A stretch of DNA of 56,899 nucleotides, the filler included, from Sphacelaria rigidula (lineage: Eukaryota), in assembly GCA_964200075.2 (NCBI GenBank). It is 5 parts of 5 records of this genome, joined end to end, with 100 filler letters (N's around TTAATTAATTAA, not from the genome) between each part and the next. Parts side by side here need not be neighbours in the genome. Positions count along the whole stretch, not along the records: positions 34,202 to 45,500 come from CAXNAA020005098.1; positions 45,601 to 56,899 come from CAXNAA020005099.1; 3 more parts are not named here. One strand, 5' to 3'. The translations under genes were made by a program, and so were the position numbers. Below are positions 36,639 through 46,825 of the stretch, piece after piece (position 1 is the stretch's first letter; the number at the start of each line of letters is the position of its first letter). The notes beneath the pieces were generated by a model. It saw only the letters and a program-made list of their open reading frames with translations, did not search any database and was not told where the DNA came from.

Positions 36639-37040
36639 TCACGTCCCAAAGTTCTTGATCTTGTCGATGAGATACTTTTGACGTTGCTTGTTGATGTGCT
36701 TTGTCCCGATGTCGGCGAGGTTGTCCTTGGTCGGAACGTAGTGGATGGATATCCTCCCCTCCTTCACGATCTCGCGGATGTAGAAGAAGCGTAGTGCCAC
36801 ATGCTTTGTGCGCCCGCAGAAGGTCTGGTTGCCGATCACGTTGAGTGTAGCGGTGTTGTGGATGTACAGTTGCACGCTCTTGAACTCATATCCGAATCCC
36901 AGTTCCGCCATCATGTTGGTGCAGAAGATCACTTCCTTCATCGTGAGTGCTGCAGCCACCAGCTCGGCCTCCATAGCAGACATGGCAGTCAGGCTTTGAA
37001 GTCCGGACTTGAAGCTCACCGGCGCCTTGGACATCATCAT
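36639..37040 (-). pseudogene. Copia B RNase H
   Basis: Motifs TAMSAMEAELVA, RTKHVALRFFYIRE, NLADIGTK. Out of frame with the RT. Confidence 0.92.
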
Positions 37041-37043
37041 GAT

Positions 37044-38168
37044 CTACGATGACATGGACTTTCCGTTGTCCGGGTTGTTGCCCCAGTTGGAGTCTGAGAA
37101 TGCCGTGAGGTCCAATCCTCCTTTCTTGTACATGATGCTGAAGTCCCTAGGCCCGGAGAGGTGGCGAAGAAGATGCTTTGCTGCTCCCATGTGGATCTTC
37201 GAAGGGTTCGACATCGCCCGTGCAAGTTGACTGGCGCAGTACATGATGTCGTAGCGGGTGATTTGAGCCAAGTACATGACGGAACCAATGATGGCCTGGT
37301 ATCGCTGCTTATCCTCGGCGTTGAGTGGCGTCTCCTCTGGCTGTTTCACCGACAGCTCTGGACCGAATCCGGGGATGCTGAGAGGCTTGCAGCTTCCCAT
37401 GCCAAATCTGTCGAGAATGGAGTTGGTGTAGTTTTCCTGGCTGATGGTCAGCGTTCCTTGTTCTCGGTCGCGTGTTACTTGCATCCCCAGGACGAGCGAT
37501 ACATCTCCCATGCCCGTCATCCTGAACTTGTCCATCAGCTTCTTCTTGATTGTCTCGATCACTTGGATGTTACTTTCGATGATGAGAAGATCGTCCACGT
37601 AGAGCGTGAGAATAACGACCGTGTTGTTGTGGTCGTAGATGTAGACGCAGGTGTCGGACTTGAGCGGGACAAATCCAATTTCCACTAGGCTCGGGTCGAT
37701 GGTCTTCCACCAGTTCTGGGGGCTTTGAGCTAGCCCATAGAGGCTCTTTTCCAGCTTCATCACGAGCTGGAGTCCCTCCTTGTTCTTTGTTTCGTAGCCT
37801 GGAGCCATTCCGACGAACATATCTTCCTCGATATCCGCGTAGAGGAAGGCGGTTTTGACGTCCAGCTGGATGACCTCCAAATCCTTCTCTGCTGCTATGG
37901 CGAGTACCATGCGGATGCTCTGAAGTCGGCAGACAGGAGCAAACGTTCCTCCGCAGTCCCGTCCAGGCACTTGGTTCCATCCTTTAGCAACCAAGTGCGC
38001 CTTGTGCGTGTTGTCTGGCTTGACCTTGAATACCCACTTCGAGCCGATAACTTTCTGTCCCGAGGGAACGTTGGTTCGTGGCATGAGTTTGTACACGTTT
38101 AGGTCTTGCAGGCTTTTCATTTCCTTGTCAGTCGCAGCCTTCCACAGCTTCGCTTCCGGCAACTCCAT
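37044..38168 (-). CDS. pol: Copia B reverse transcriptase (RVT_2), open segment of the pol polyprotein
   Basis: Motifs KWVFKVK, LVAKG, LDVKTAFLYA, LEKSLYGLAQS, LYVDDLL, FSDSNWG. Confidence 0.93.
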   Translation of the reverse strand: MELPEAKLWKAATDKEMKSLQDLNVYKLMPRTNVPSGQKVIGSKWVFKVKPDNTHKAHLVAKGWNQVPGRDCGGTFAPVCRLQSIRMVLAIAAEKDLEVIQLDVKTAFLYADIEEDMFVGMAPGYETKNKEGLQLVMKLEKSLYGLAQSPQNWWKTIDPSLVEIGFVPLKSDTCVYIYDHNNTVVILTLYVDDLLIIESNIQVIETIKKKLMDKFRMTGMGDVSLVLGMQVTRDREQGTLTISQENYTNSILDRFGMGSCKPLSIPGFGPELSVKQPEETPLNAEDKQRYQAIIGSVMYLAQITRYDIMYCASQLARAMSNPSKIHMGAAKHLLRHLSGPRDFSIMYKKGGLDLTAFSDSNWGNNPDNGKSMSS

Positions 38169-38509
38169 GGCCTCCTTGAAGGTGTTCGGTATGGTCTTGA
38201 CCTTGTCCCCCTCCGAACGACTGTGGATTTGGGTGTTGTTGGCGACGAAGGCGTATTCCAGGAAGTTGATTCTCGCGATGTCCGATGTCGGCCAATGGGG
38301 TGTTTGTGTAGAGGGCCAGGCGCCTCAGCTCGCTGATAGTCTTGGGCCTTACGGCGGTGTCACGAGCACGGTCATTGGTGAGGGATGGTTTGTCGACCTT
38401 GGTTGTAGATCTCGTCCCCGCACGATTAGGTACTCGTGTGCTCGAGCGCAGGGTATGTCCAGCGACGCTTGGAGCAGGTGCAGGTTGTTCCCCCTCAGAT
38501 GATGAATCG

Positions 38510-39536
38510 TCATGTTCTGGTCCACTCGGTGACGTGGTCTCGTTGTTGCTGGTGAGAAGGTCCTGACTGGTGACCTCTTGTATACTGCTGCATGTCGTTA
38601 GTGTTCGATGATGAAGGGATGACCGAAAGGTGACTCGTAGGTGACTCTAGGTCGAGGTATGACGTGTAGTCCATCACATCACGCATCAGGTCGTCGTTGG
38701 TATTGTATCCAAACTCATCTTCTTCGGATCTACTGCCTGGTTCTTTCCCGGAGTCGTCGTCCTCGGCCCCGCTGCTCGGCGTCCGGTCTGGTATGGTAGA
38801 CGGCGTCTCGATAAAGATGACGTTCCTGCTTTCCCTGACGTTTCTTTTCTCTGGTGTAGATGCGGAACGATTTGGTGTCGATGCTGTATCCACAAAGACG
38901 TCCTTCCCAGGCCTTGGGGTCGAGTTTGCGTGTGTGCGTTTCGACGTGCACGAATGCTCTGGCCCCAATTGCCCGAAGATGTCCGAGGTTGGCGTCCTTG
39001 TCGTCCAAAGCCTTGTACGGCGTGATGTTTCCCAGTGCTGCGTGTGAGACTCTGTTGCTTAGGTACACCGCCGTCTGCATCAGCTTTGCCCAAAAGAAGT
39101 TCGGTAATCCCGAATCCGTGAGTAGGCAGCGTACCATGGCTGCAAGGGTCCGCCCCGCACGCTCGTTTTCTCCGATTTGTTGGGGTGTGTTTGTTGAAGC
39201 GACCTCCAGCTGTACTCCGATTTGAAGGCGGTACTTCCGGAATTCGCGGCAGATGTAGTCCTTTCCTTTGTCTCCCCTGAGGCGGCCCAGCCTAAATCCA
39301 GTGGGGACAACCAGAGACTGATTGAACAGCTGAAGTGTTTTGATGGCGTCGCGCTTGGTCTTGATGAGGAAGACTTTCTTCCACTTGGTCTTTTCGTCAA
39401 CGAACTTGCTGACGTATTGGAACCCTCCCAGTGCAGGCGGCGATATGGGCCCCATCAGGTCGGTTGAAACCAGCTGAAAAGGTCTCGACGTCGTACGTGG
39501 CCTTTTTCGGATGAGGGCGTTGTGAGCTTTTCCCAA
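38510..39536 (-). pseudogene. Copia B integrase (frameshifted)
   Basis: Motifs VSTDLMGP, FVDEKT, LRGDKG, TPQQIGENERAGRTL, KLDPKAWEG, ESRNVIFIE. Confidence 0.92.
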
Positions 39537-41277
39537 GGGCGCAAACGCCGCATGCCTCCATAGCTCCGGTGTAGTCGACTCCGTTGTCGTCGATCTTCCT
39601 TAGCACACCCAAGATCCTGCTGTTGATGTGTCCCAACCTGCGGTGCCACAGGTCCGCTGACTCGGCCCGCATGGCCGTGTTCGGCGGGCTGTCCAATTCG
39701 AGAGACGCGGAGCAGAGAGTGGTGTCGTTTCCAAGCAGCTTCAAGGGTACGATCACGTCGCCCATCTCCAAGCGTGGCTGTGTCGAATCGAAGATTGTCG
39801 TCACTCCCATTCCTAATGCGACAACAGGGGAGAAGAGGCGCCTCCCGAGTCCAGGTACCGCTATCGCTGAGAACGATACCGGCTGCTTTCCCCCGTGTTG
39901 GTCGCTGAAGGTGCCTGTTATGGTGCCTTTCGCTTTGCCTTCGATGACGTGTTCTCCTGCGGTGATTATCTGATGGGGCTGCTCCAAAACTTTGTAGTCC
40001 CGCATGCGCTCCATCAGCTCAGGATGAAGGTCGGTGTCCAAGGAGTGTCCCGATGACCCGCTGTCCACCAGAATTGTGACGGAACTGTTGGTCTTCCCAA
40101 TGTGTTGGTGAGGGAATGCAGTTGCTGATCTAGCCACGTAAGTCTCGCCGAACGCTGCGAATAGGCCGGAGTTGTCCGATTGTTTCTTGAGAAAGTCCTT
40201 CGGTGCAGGTCCGAGGGCTATGACGGACTTGATTTTGTTGTCAGGCTTCGTGGAGCTGCTAGCAGTCGGCATCAACGACGAGGCCGCGACGGATGCAAAG
40301 GAGAAGCCGATTGTTTCCTCATCGGAATCGTCGGCCTGTGGAATGTGCGCACTAACCACACCGGCAAAGTTGATTTTTCCTTGTGGCTTGTGGGCGTCCT
40401 TCTGTTGCTTGTAGCATTCTTCATTGCTGTGAGATGTTGACTTGTGAAGAGAGCACCACTTCGGGCCAGGCTGTCCACTTGCTTTCTTCCCGTGTTTCTT
40501 CTCAGGCTCCTTATGCTGATGTTGCTTGTGCCGAGGAAGTTCAGGGCAATCGCGGCGGCGGTGGCCGTGTTGCTTGCAGTTGAAGCACTTGATGTTGCTG
40601 TCTCCGTTTAATGCCTGCATGGCCAGTCCCCTTCCGGCGATGGACTTTGTCGAGGTTCGTGACAGGCTGTCGATGTACATGTTCCTCATCGTGGTCTTGA
40701 TTTCCTTTAGCCCAAAGTCGCCAACGCGGAAGCTGGTTTGACGTACGTAATCGTAGTCGTTGGAGATCGCCTGTAGAATGATGTCCTCGAACCTCTCGTC
40801 CGAGACAATTTCTCCAATATCTTTTAGGCGCTCCCGCAGGTCTTCCATCTTGGTGAAAAAGTCATCCGGGTCTTCGCCTTGAGCCATCTTGTTCGTTGTT
40901 GGCTCTTCGTAACAGACACGACGTGTTTCTTTGGTGAAGCTGTCGTACTTCTCCGCAAGTGCCTCCCATGCAGCTACTCCGTTTCCAAGTCCTTCACCTT
41001 GTTTCTTGCCTTCGAACTGGCGTACGACGATGTGCGTTGATCCCGTCGTGGCAAAGAAGAGGATGGAGAAGAGGTCCCAGTTGTCCGAGTTCCACTTCTC
41101 GATTGCGTCAGGGTTCGACGAGTCCTGCGGGCACTCCTCCCCGTTCAGTACGTCGAAGATACCCTTGTTGTGGTAGCTGATGGCCATCCTCACTTTCGTG
41201 CCCCACTCACAAAAACCCTTATCCCCGAACTTGGGGATAGTCTTGAGTGTGTTGTTCATGTTGGTCGACTTGTCCAT
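39397..41277 (-). CDS. gag: Copia B gag-protease-pre-integrase ORF (626 aa)
   Basis: CCHC knuckle CFNCKQHGHRRRDC, WCSLHKSTSHSNEEC, protease ILVDSGSSGH, and LWHRRLGH...CGVCALGK. Confidence 0.93.
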   Translation of the reverse strand: MDKSTNMNNTLKTIPKFGDKGFCEWGTKVRMAISYHNKGIFDVLNGEECPQDSSNPDAIEKWNSDNWDLFSILFFATTGSTHIVVRQFEGKKQGEGLGNGVAAWEALAEKYDSFTKETRRVCYEEPTTNKMAQGEDPDDFFTKMEDLRERLKDIGEIVSDERFEDIILQAISNDYDYVRQTSFRVGDFGLKEIKTTMRNMYIDSLSRTSTKSIAGRGLAMQALNGDSNIKCFNCKQHGHRRRDCPELPRHKQHQHKEPEKKHGKKASGQPGPKWCSLHKSTSHSNEECYKQQKDAHKPQGKINFAGVVSAHIPQADDSDEETIGFSFASVAASSLMPTASSSTKPDNKIKSVIALGPAPKDFLKKQSDNSGLFAAFGETYVARSATAFPHQHIGKTNSSVTILVDSGSSGHSLDTDLHPELMERMRDYKVLEQPHQIITAGEHVIEGKAKGTITGTFSDQHGGKQPVSFSAIAVPGLGRRLFSPVVALGMGVTTIFDSTQPRLEMGDVIVPLKLLGNDTTLCSASLELDSPPNTAMRAESADLWHRRLGHINSRILGVLRKIDDNGVDYTGAMEACGVCALGKSSQRPHPKKATYDVETFSAGFNRPDGAHIAACTGRVPIRQQVR

Positions 41278-41419
41278 GATGCTTGAGTGCTACGCGTCAG
41301 GCGCGCAGGCTAATCCTAAGCACGTTTCAATGGCCCAAACTAAAAGTTTGACCCGCAAATGTAGTGCTGTCCAGATTTCGTTGCTACAGCAGTAGTAGTA
41401 GTTTAGTCCTGCAGGCTTG

Positions 41420-41835
41420 CGTTTTGGCCCAGCAGTCTCTCGCTGTCTGGCAGTCTACCCCCCAGGCACTACCAATCAGTGCTGGACAGACTTGCTATAC
41501 GTCGCTGCGTGCAGGCTCTCCCGGCTGCAGGTAGCTAGTCTGCAACCCCGTCTTGCAGGTACAATGAGATGCACTGCTCCAACTTGCTACACGTCGCTGC
41601 GTGCAGGCTTTATTTCGGCCACAGCAAAACAATTTATTATGCTGTCCGGCCACGTCTGCCCTCCAGGCACTACTCAGAGGTGCTGGATAGGCGTGCTGCA
41701 AGATGATGCGTGCAGGCTTTACTTCGGCCACAGCAAAACAATTTGTTATGCTGTCCGGCCACGCCTGTCCTCCAGGCACTACTCAGAAGTGCTGGACAAG
41801 CGTGATGAAAGATAATGCGTGCAGGCTTTACTTTC
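41420..41835. repeat. ~110-bp tandem repeat in the copia B 5' leader
   Basis: TGCGTGCAGGCT at ~41506, 41598, 41706 and 41816. CCAGGCACTAC occurs three times. Confidence 0.88.
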
Positions 41836-42223
41836 TGGGCAAGTTGTCGAAACGCAATCACCCCCAAAACTAGAATTTCACCCGTCCTGAGCTTTTGAGT
41901 AGCTCAACACGCCGAAAGTGTATTTGCACAGTTCCCTACGCCGTCAATGAACCGACGTGTAGATAATTTGTGCTCCCGAATGCGATGCACCAACAAGTCG
42001 TACCGATTGTGTGCGTATGCTGAGTCCCGCTGGTGATCAGTCCAGTGTCCTCAGTCGGAAGCAGGTTGACTCCTCAGATGTATCTTCAAAAGGCTCTCGT
42101 ACAGTCTCGTACAGCAGAAGGTGTAGACGCGTAGAAACTAGCTTCTGCTTGATGCTTGGAAGGAGATGTCCCCCCGAAGTAGCTCGCACTGGTGCCGTGC
42201 TGAAACAATGGCTCAAAACCTTT

Positions 42224-42578
42224 TGCGGGATTTCCGTGTGGTTCCCAGCAGGTGGTGGCAAAGGCTGACACCGACAGAAGTTAGTCTGTACATCTAGCTT
42301 GTAGATGGCAGGTGATGCTACTGCTGTAGACTTGTTGATGTTGAATGGGCGCTTGCGGCCAACGGAGACTTCTAGAGTACAATGGACTGTCGAGGTCCAG
42401 TTGAGAAGTTGGAGAAATGAAAATATAAAGAGTGAAAGAGTAGGGCTCGCGATGTACTCGTGAGTTCTCTCGTGCTCCTCTTCTCAAGAATTCGTATCTC
42501 AATCCTATCAGAGATTCTCGATCGTACCGGACCGTTACTCAAACCGATCTACAGTATACGAAGTACTTGTTCTAGAAG
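42224..42578 (-). repeat. Copia B 5' LTR, outer ~119 bp missing
   Basis: Matches 35097-35451, then stops abruptly at the hAT-like TIR. Confidence 0.92.
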
Positions 42579-42579
42579 T

Positions 42580-44354
42580 CAGGGTTGCACATCGGTCTTT
42601 CATTTTTCTCTCATTTTTATTTCATTTTTTTCATGTGTCTCCTTCTTGTTTCTGATGGCGAGCTGGAGTGTTGCAATCAGCTACGTAATGCACGATCATC
42701 ACCCTTTTTTGTCTTTGTTCGTGCTTGTGTTTGTCTTTGTGTTTGTCGTTATTTTGTTGTTACTGCTGTTGTTTGTTGTTGTTGTTTGTTGTTGTTGGTG
42801 TTGTTGTTTTTTGTTGTTATCGCTGCCCCTTTCTTTCCTTTCTGAGGCCGTTGCTTTAGTCGTTTTTGTTCCTTTCTTTCTTTACTGTATTTTTTTCATT
42901 ATTCTGTTCTATTTTTGCTGCTCCTGACCACGGGCTGGATTGTTGCAGTCAGCTAATGTGAGATAATCGATCAATCAATCAATCAATCAATCAATCGGAT
43001 ATCGATAATCGATACGATTTCGATAAAAATCGGCGATATGTCATATCGGTATCGGAGCGTAGAAAAGCGATATATGTGATATGTATCAACATCAAATATC
43101 AATATCGAATATCGATATGCTCGATATTTTTGTTTATTTTTTGTCACATTCGCTCAATTTCTCGAAACCGTCGTCACAGTCAACGCAGAGGGGTGGTATT
43201 TCTCGAACGGCAGACCCCAGTTGATGTGTAACCCTGCCCCCCCCATCCCTCACTCCACAAGGTCCCCTTCATACACCACACACCGCTATTGCCTCGTGGG
43301 TTTAGGGTTTAGCGAAATGATTCAGCGGGGATGTTTACCAACGGCAACATACGGGCGGCGTGGCGGGGTAGATATGAGGTCACGATCAATGCAGAGCTGC
43401 AGATAACAGTAGAAAACAGCTGACCTTCGGAGTATGAGGAGATGGTACTGTCGCTTCGCCTGTCCTTCATGTTTGACGAGTGTTGGGTATTTTTTCCCTC
43501 CATCCATTAGTGTGGACATTCTAATTGTTTCAAGCTTAGTGTTTTTTTATTCTTGGTTGGTGACATACAAATATATAGGGAGTATATATATTGGAATCCA
43601 AAAATTAAAACTTGACGCATGCTGCCGACGTTTCCTGTTATTGGTAATGAAAAACGTCGAAAAAAAAGAGCTCGCATTTGAGTTTGTGCATGTTCGAGGT
43701 TTGACACCTCTTCCTTTTCTCATGAACGTGCAGAGTCGAGGTATGCGCTCATTCGATGGAAACACACGGAATAGTGACCGTAGAAATAAAAACAGTATCA
43801 TCAATACTACACATGGCCCGCTGTAATCGACTACCTCTTGCACGACGGAATATATTCGCAAGACAGCTGTATCACTGCATGCCGTCGCTGCTATGATGTC
43901 AATTTGCACACTACCCGCTGCTGTAAATCATGTACCCACTGCTGTCTACTAGAAACTTGTCTAGTAAAAACTACTGTAGATTGCTTGAGATATCACACCC
44001 TCAGGAGCGATCTCCAAAGCTCGATTACTTTCTCTGGACTAGATGGTTGCAACGCCGCCTAGTTGAGCCCTGGCATCACTTCTGGTGACGAGTAAGTGAG
44101 CTTTGAAGATCTGTCGAGGGGATGTGGTATCTTGAGCGACCTACAATAGTGGGTGAGGGTGTCAGTGTGCCAGTGCACTGCTCGGTCTTGTACACTGCGG
44201 CCATACCAAGACAGCCGTATCGTATCGAATATCGATACTCGATACGTATCCTGTCATTTTCGGAATATCGACAAAAATATCGATATCGGCGGTTGTGGTT
44301 CGATATTCTAAAAATATCTATCGAACTTTATTCTCGGTCCGATATGCAACGCTG
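42580..44354. mobile_element. hAT-like non-autonomous element with ATATCGAT-rich subtermini
   Basis: TIRs CAGGGTTGCACATCGG and CCGATATGCAACGCTG match at 14/16. Dense GATATCGA motifs at 43000-43125 and 44220-44345. No matching 8-bp TSD. Confidence 0.7.
42596..42998 (+). mobile_element. LINE/SINE-like 3' end with (CAAT)n tail nested in the hAT-like element
   Basis: T-rich body, ACCACGGGCTGGAT and a (TCAA)n tail. Flanked by ATCGG at 42591-42595 and 42994-42998 (candidate TSD). Confidence 0.65.
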
Positions 44355-44817
44355 GAAGAATGTCACTGAGCCTGGAGTCGATCATGGTTGATTTTTGCGG
44401 GTCGCTTTCTGATACTGCTTTTTTTTTTCCTTCATCAGACGCGTAGGGCACACACACCTTCGCGCGTGAGCTATATACCTTTAAGCACCACTGTAAGAAT
44501 AAATGCCGGCCGGGTGCTGTGGCCGAGTTTTTGGTGCTCCCAAAATGCGCGATTCGAACGAGAATGCGCCCTGCGCATTTTCACATATATACATATACCC
44601 TTGTGCACCCAACTTCCGATAAATAAAACGGGAATAATCAGTCACTGCGGTTGCTCGTCGCCCTGCTTTGATTCACACCACCAGCAGGGTGCGCGTATGT
44701 GTTGGGGAGCTTCCGTAATCAGGGAAGGAGGGGAGCGTTACTGACTCTGACAGAGGTAAGGGACACTGAGCGGGGAAGCAGGAGGGGTCGGTGTTTTCAT
44801 GTGGAAACTGCTGCTTC

Positions 44818-44897
44818 TGTTCAGGAAGCGAACACTATACCCATTGAACCGGTGAGCGCTCACTGGTTCAATGGGTATAGTGTTCGCTTCCTGAACA
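44818..44897. repeat. 80-bp near-perfect palindrome with no spacer
   Basis: TGTTCAGGAAGCGAACACTATACCCATTGAACCGGTGAGC|GCTCACTGGTTCAATGGGTATAGTGTTCGCTTCCTGAACA, with a single G/T mismatch. Confidence 0.97.
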
Positions 44898-45340
44898 AAA
44901 TATGTGCTGTGTGGTCCGTCCCGGCATGACATATCAGTGATCTCCGGGGCCCCTTGGCCCTCGCAAGCCTCACTGTTCACATGTCAAACTCATTCCTTCC
45001 ACAATCGGTCATACCGGGACTCGAACCGCATATCTTTTGCTCAGGAAGCGACCACATCGGGAGAATCTTCTCATCATCATGACCAGCGCTTGGCCGTTAC
45101 GGACGTTCGTTTTGCTAGGGCTGCTGCTGAGTTTTTGTGAGAGTTCGTCTGGGGAGGGTCGAAGGTGGGCAACTGTAGAAGGTCGGCAATCTTCCTTTTC
45201 GGTGTTATTTCTCTCTCCTTCTTCATCTTTCCTACGGCTCATCATTTTGCTGTGCTGTATTGTTTCAGTTCGTATTGTCGCTGTTGCTCTCACATGCCAT
45301 CGGAAGTGGTGTACCAATATATGGGGTCATGGGGAAGGGA

Positions 45341-45500
45341 CGGGGGGAGGGGGGGGGGGTGTACTCATAATCATGCATGCCACAGTCATAAGACGATTGA
45401 CCTCGCATCCCTACAAATCCGGGTTTTCGCCGGGCCAGGCTCGCACTCAATCACCAAGCGCGAAGCGCCGTGGTGTGTCCGGCGAGTCGCATGAAGGGTG
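45341..45500 (+). repeat. GGGGTGTACTCAT family repeat at contig end
   Basis: Matches 16710-16868 and the reverse complement of 11478-11570. Confidence 0.8.
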
Positions 45501-45600
45501 NNNNNNNNNNNNNNNNNNNNNNNNNNNNNNNNNNNNNNNNNNNNTTAATTAATTAANNNNNNNNNNNNNNNNNNNNNNNNNNNNNNNNNNNNNNNNNNNN
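45501..45600. other. Artificial contig linker
   Basis: 44 N + TTAATTAATTAA + 44 N. Confidence 0.98.
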
Positions 45601-45669
45601 TGATCTGATGCCTATGACATGCATGATCATGAGTACACCCCCTGTACATGCCTGTATTTTGGTCTCGCA

Positions 45670-45980
45670 CGCCGCGCCCCGGTGGTGTGATGGTCCGACT
45701 GCCGCCATTAGGGTGGAGATAACAGGGGTTCGATTCCGGATGCGTTGTGTTTTTTCTTCGTAATGTATGATTTCCACCGTGGAAAGCGTGAGAACGTGAG
45801 TAAACAAAAGTAGTCGTCAGGGTTTGTGTGACGTGAGTTGACGTGGTGCGGGAGTGCTGATCCAATCCGCGAGATCAAAATGAAAGGCACGTACCGGGGG
45901 AGAGATGGGTTGATCCCGTGAGACCACGTACTCATCCCGTGAGGAAGGGGAGGGGCTCAAAGTGTGAGGGAAAAAAAAAG
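45670..45980 (+). mobile_element. tRNA-derived SINE copy
   Basis: A box TGGTGTGATGG at 45683-45693, B box GGTTCGATTCC at 45727-45737, a non-tRNA body and an A-rich stretch at ~45971-45979. Confidence 0.82.
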
Positions 45981-46021
45981 TTGGGTCAGCACTCCCGCAC
46001 CGGGTCGACTCTCGTCAAAGT

Positions 46022-46179
46022 CAATCAACTACTTGTTGTTTACTGACGTATACTCACGCTTCCAACGGTGCAAATCAATAATGCGGAAAACCCCCAACGC
46101 ATCGGTAGTCGATCTCACTTTCTCCCCACCCTAATAATGAAGGTCGAATCACTGTAATTTACATCACCGGGGCGCGGCG
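46022..46179 (-). mobile_element. Degenerate 5' half of the same SINE, opposite orientation
   Basis: Reverse complement CGCCGCGCCCCGGTGATG...ATTAGGGTGGGGAGA...GATGCGTT...CACCGTTGGAAGCGTGAG...AGTAAACAACAAGTAGT matches 45670-45815. Confidence 0.7.
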
Positions 46180-46564
46180 ATCATGAGCGCTGTGAACTTT
46201 TGGTGGACGTACCCCACTCATGAAAGAACCTCATGAACATGCTGTACGCCCGACTGCTTTCTAGAGATCGGACGTATTTTCGCAAGTGATAATCGAATCG
46301 GAAAATGTAAATGCAAGTGTTTGGACTTGTTCCGACTCCGCGACCTGTCCCAAGAACATGTCACTCCAGGTGGGACTGGCATGATCGACCGGGCCAACTC
46401 CAGATCTCTGTGATACTATTTTCGCGACAGGTCAACACACGCGCACGCGCGCGCACACATACACACACACAAAGTCTAGTTTCTTTATTATTATTTTGCT
46501 CTCTGTTCACCTCGATCTCCTCCGTGTTTCGCATTAAAACGGCTCCCACGTGATTTGACTCCGC

Positions 46565-46760
46565 TTGTTTTCTTTTTTTTTTCCTCTTGGCCTACTCTGC
46601 TGGTCTCATGCACCTCGTTTAGGTTGTTATCTATTCATTTTTCCCAGCGAGTACTGCAGTTTCTTTTTTCGTCCCGGGTACGTCTATCATGTGGATAATG
46701 ACCACGAGTGGATCATGACTCCCTGGGGAATCAGTCAAAGTGCGACAATCAATCGATCAA
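46565..46760 (+). mobile_element. LINE/SINE-like 3' end with short CAAT tail
   Basis: TGTGGATAATGACCAC...TGCGACAATCAATC. The TGTGGATAATGACCAC core is shared with ~53438-53453. Confidence 0.55.
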
Positions 46761-46825
46761 ATATGTCGAGCAGTGCTGATACAGCATCTATCCTGTTGTC
46801 GTCGTCTTGTCCTTTGCAACAAAAG

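Larger units (their letters stand above)
35097..42578 (-). mobile_element. Ty1/copia LTR retrotransposon B, near full-length, frameshifted
   Basis: Two LTRs with about 7 differences in 355 aligned bp. PBS-like GGTTTTGAGCC at 42220-42210, PPT TGAGGGGGAG at 35580-35571, and gag-PR-INT-RT-RH domain order. Confidence 0.96.

Noticed and set aside
36639-41277. Programmed ribosomal frameshifts in copia B
   Set aside because: The breaks fall inside integrase and at the start of RNase H, and there are several of them. Decay or assembly error is more likely.
44688-44755. Candidate exon (CAYVLGSFRNQGRRGALLTLTE) as the 5' exon of trmO
   Set aside because: It is on a different contig from trmO and has no recognisable motif. 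It is kept only as an unassigned possible exon.
45670-45745. Functional tRNA gene
   Set aside because: A and B boxes are present, but there is no convincing acceptor stem or cloverleaf. The head continues into a shared 250-bp body in several copies, so it is a SINE.
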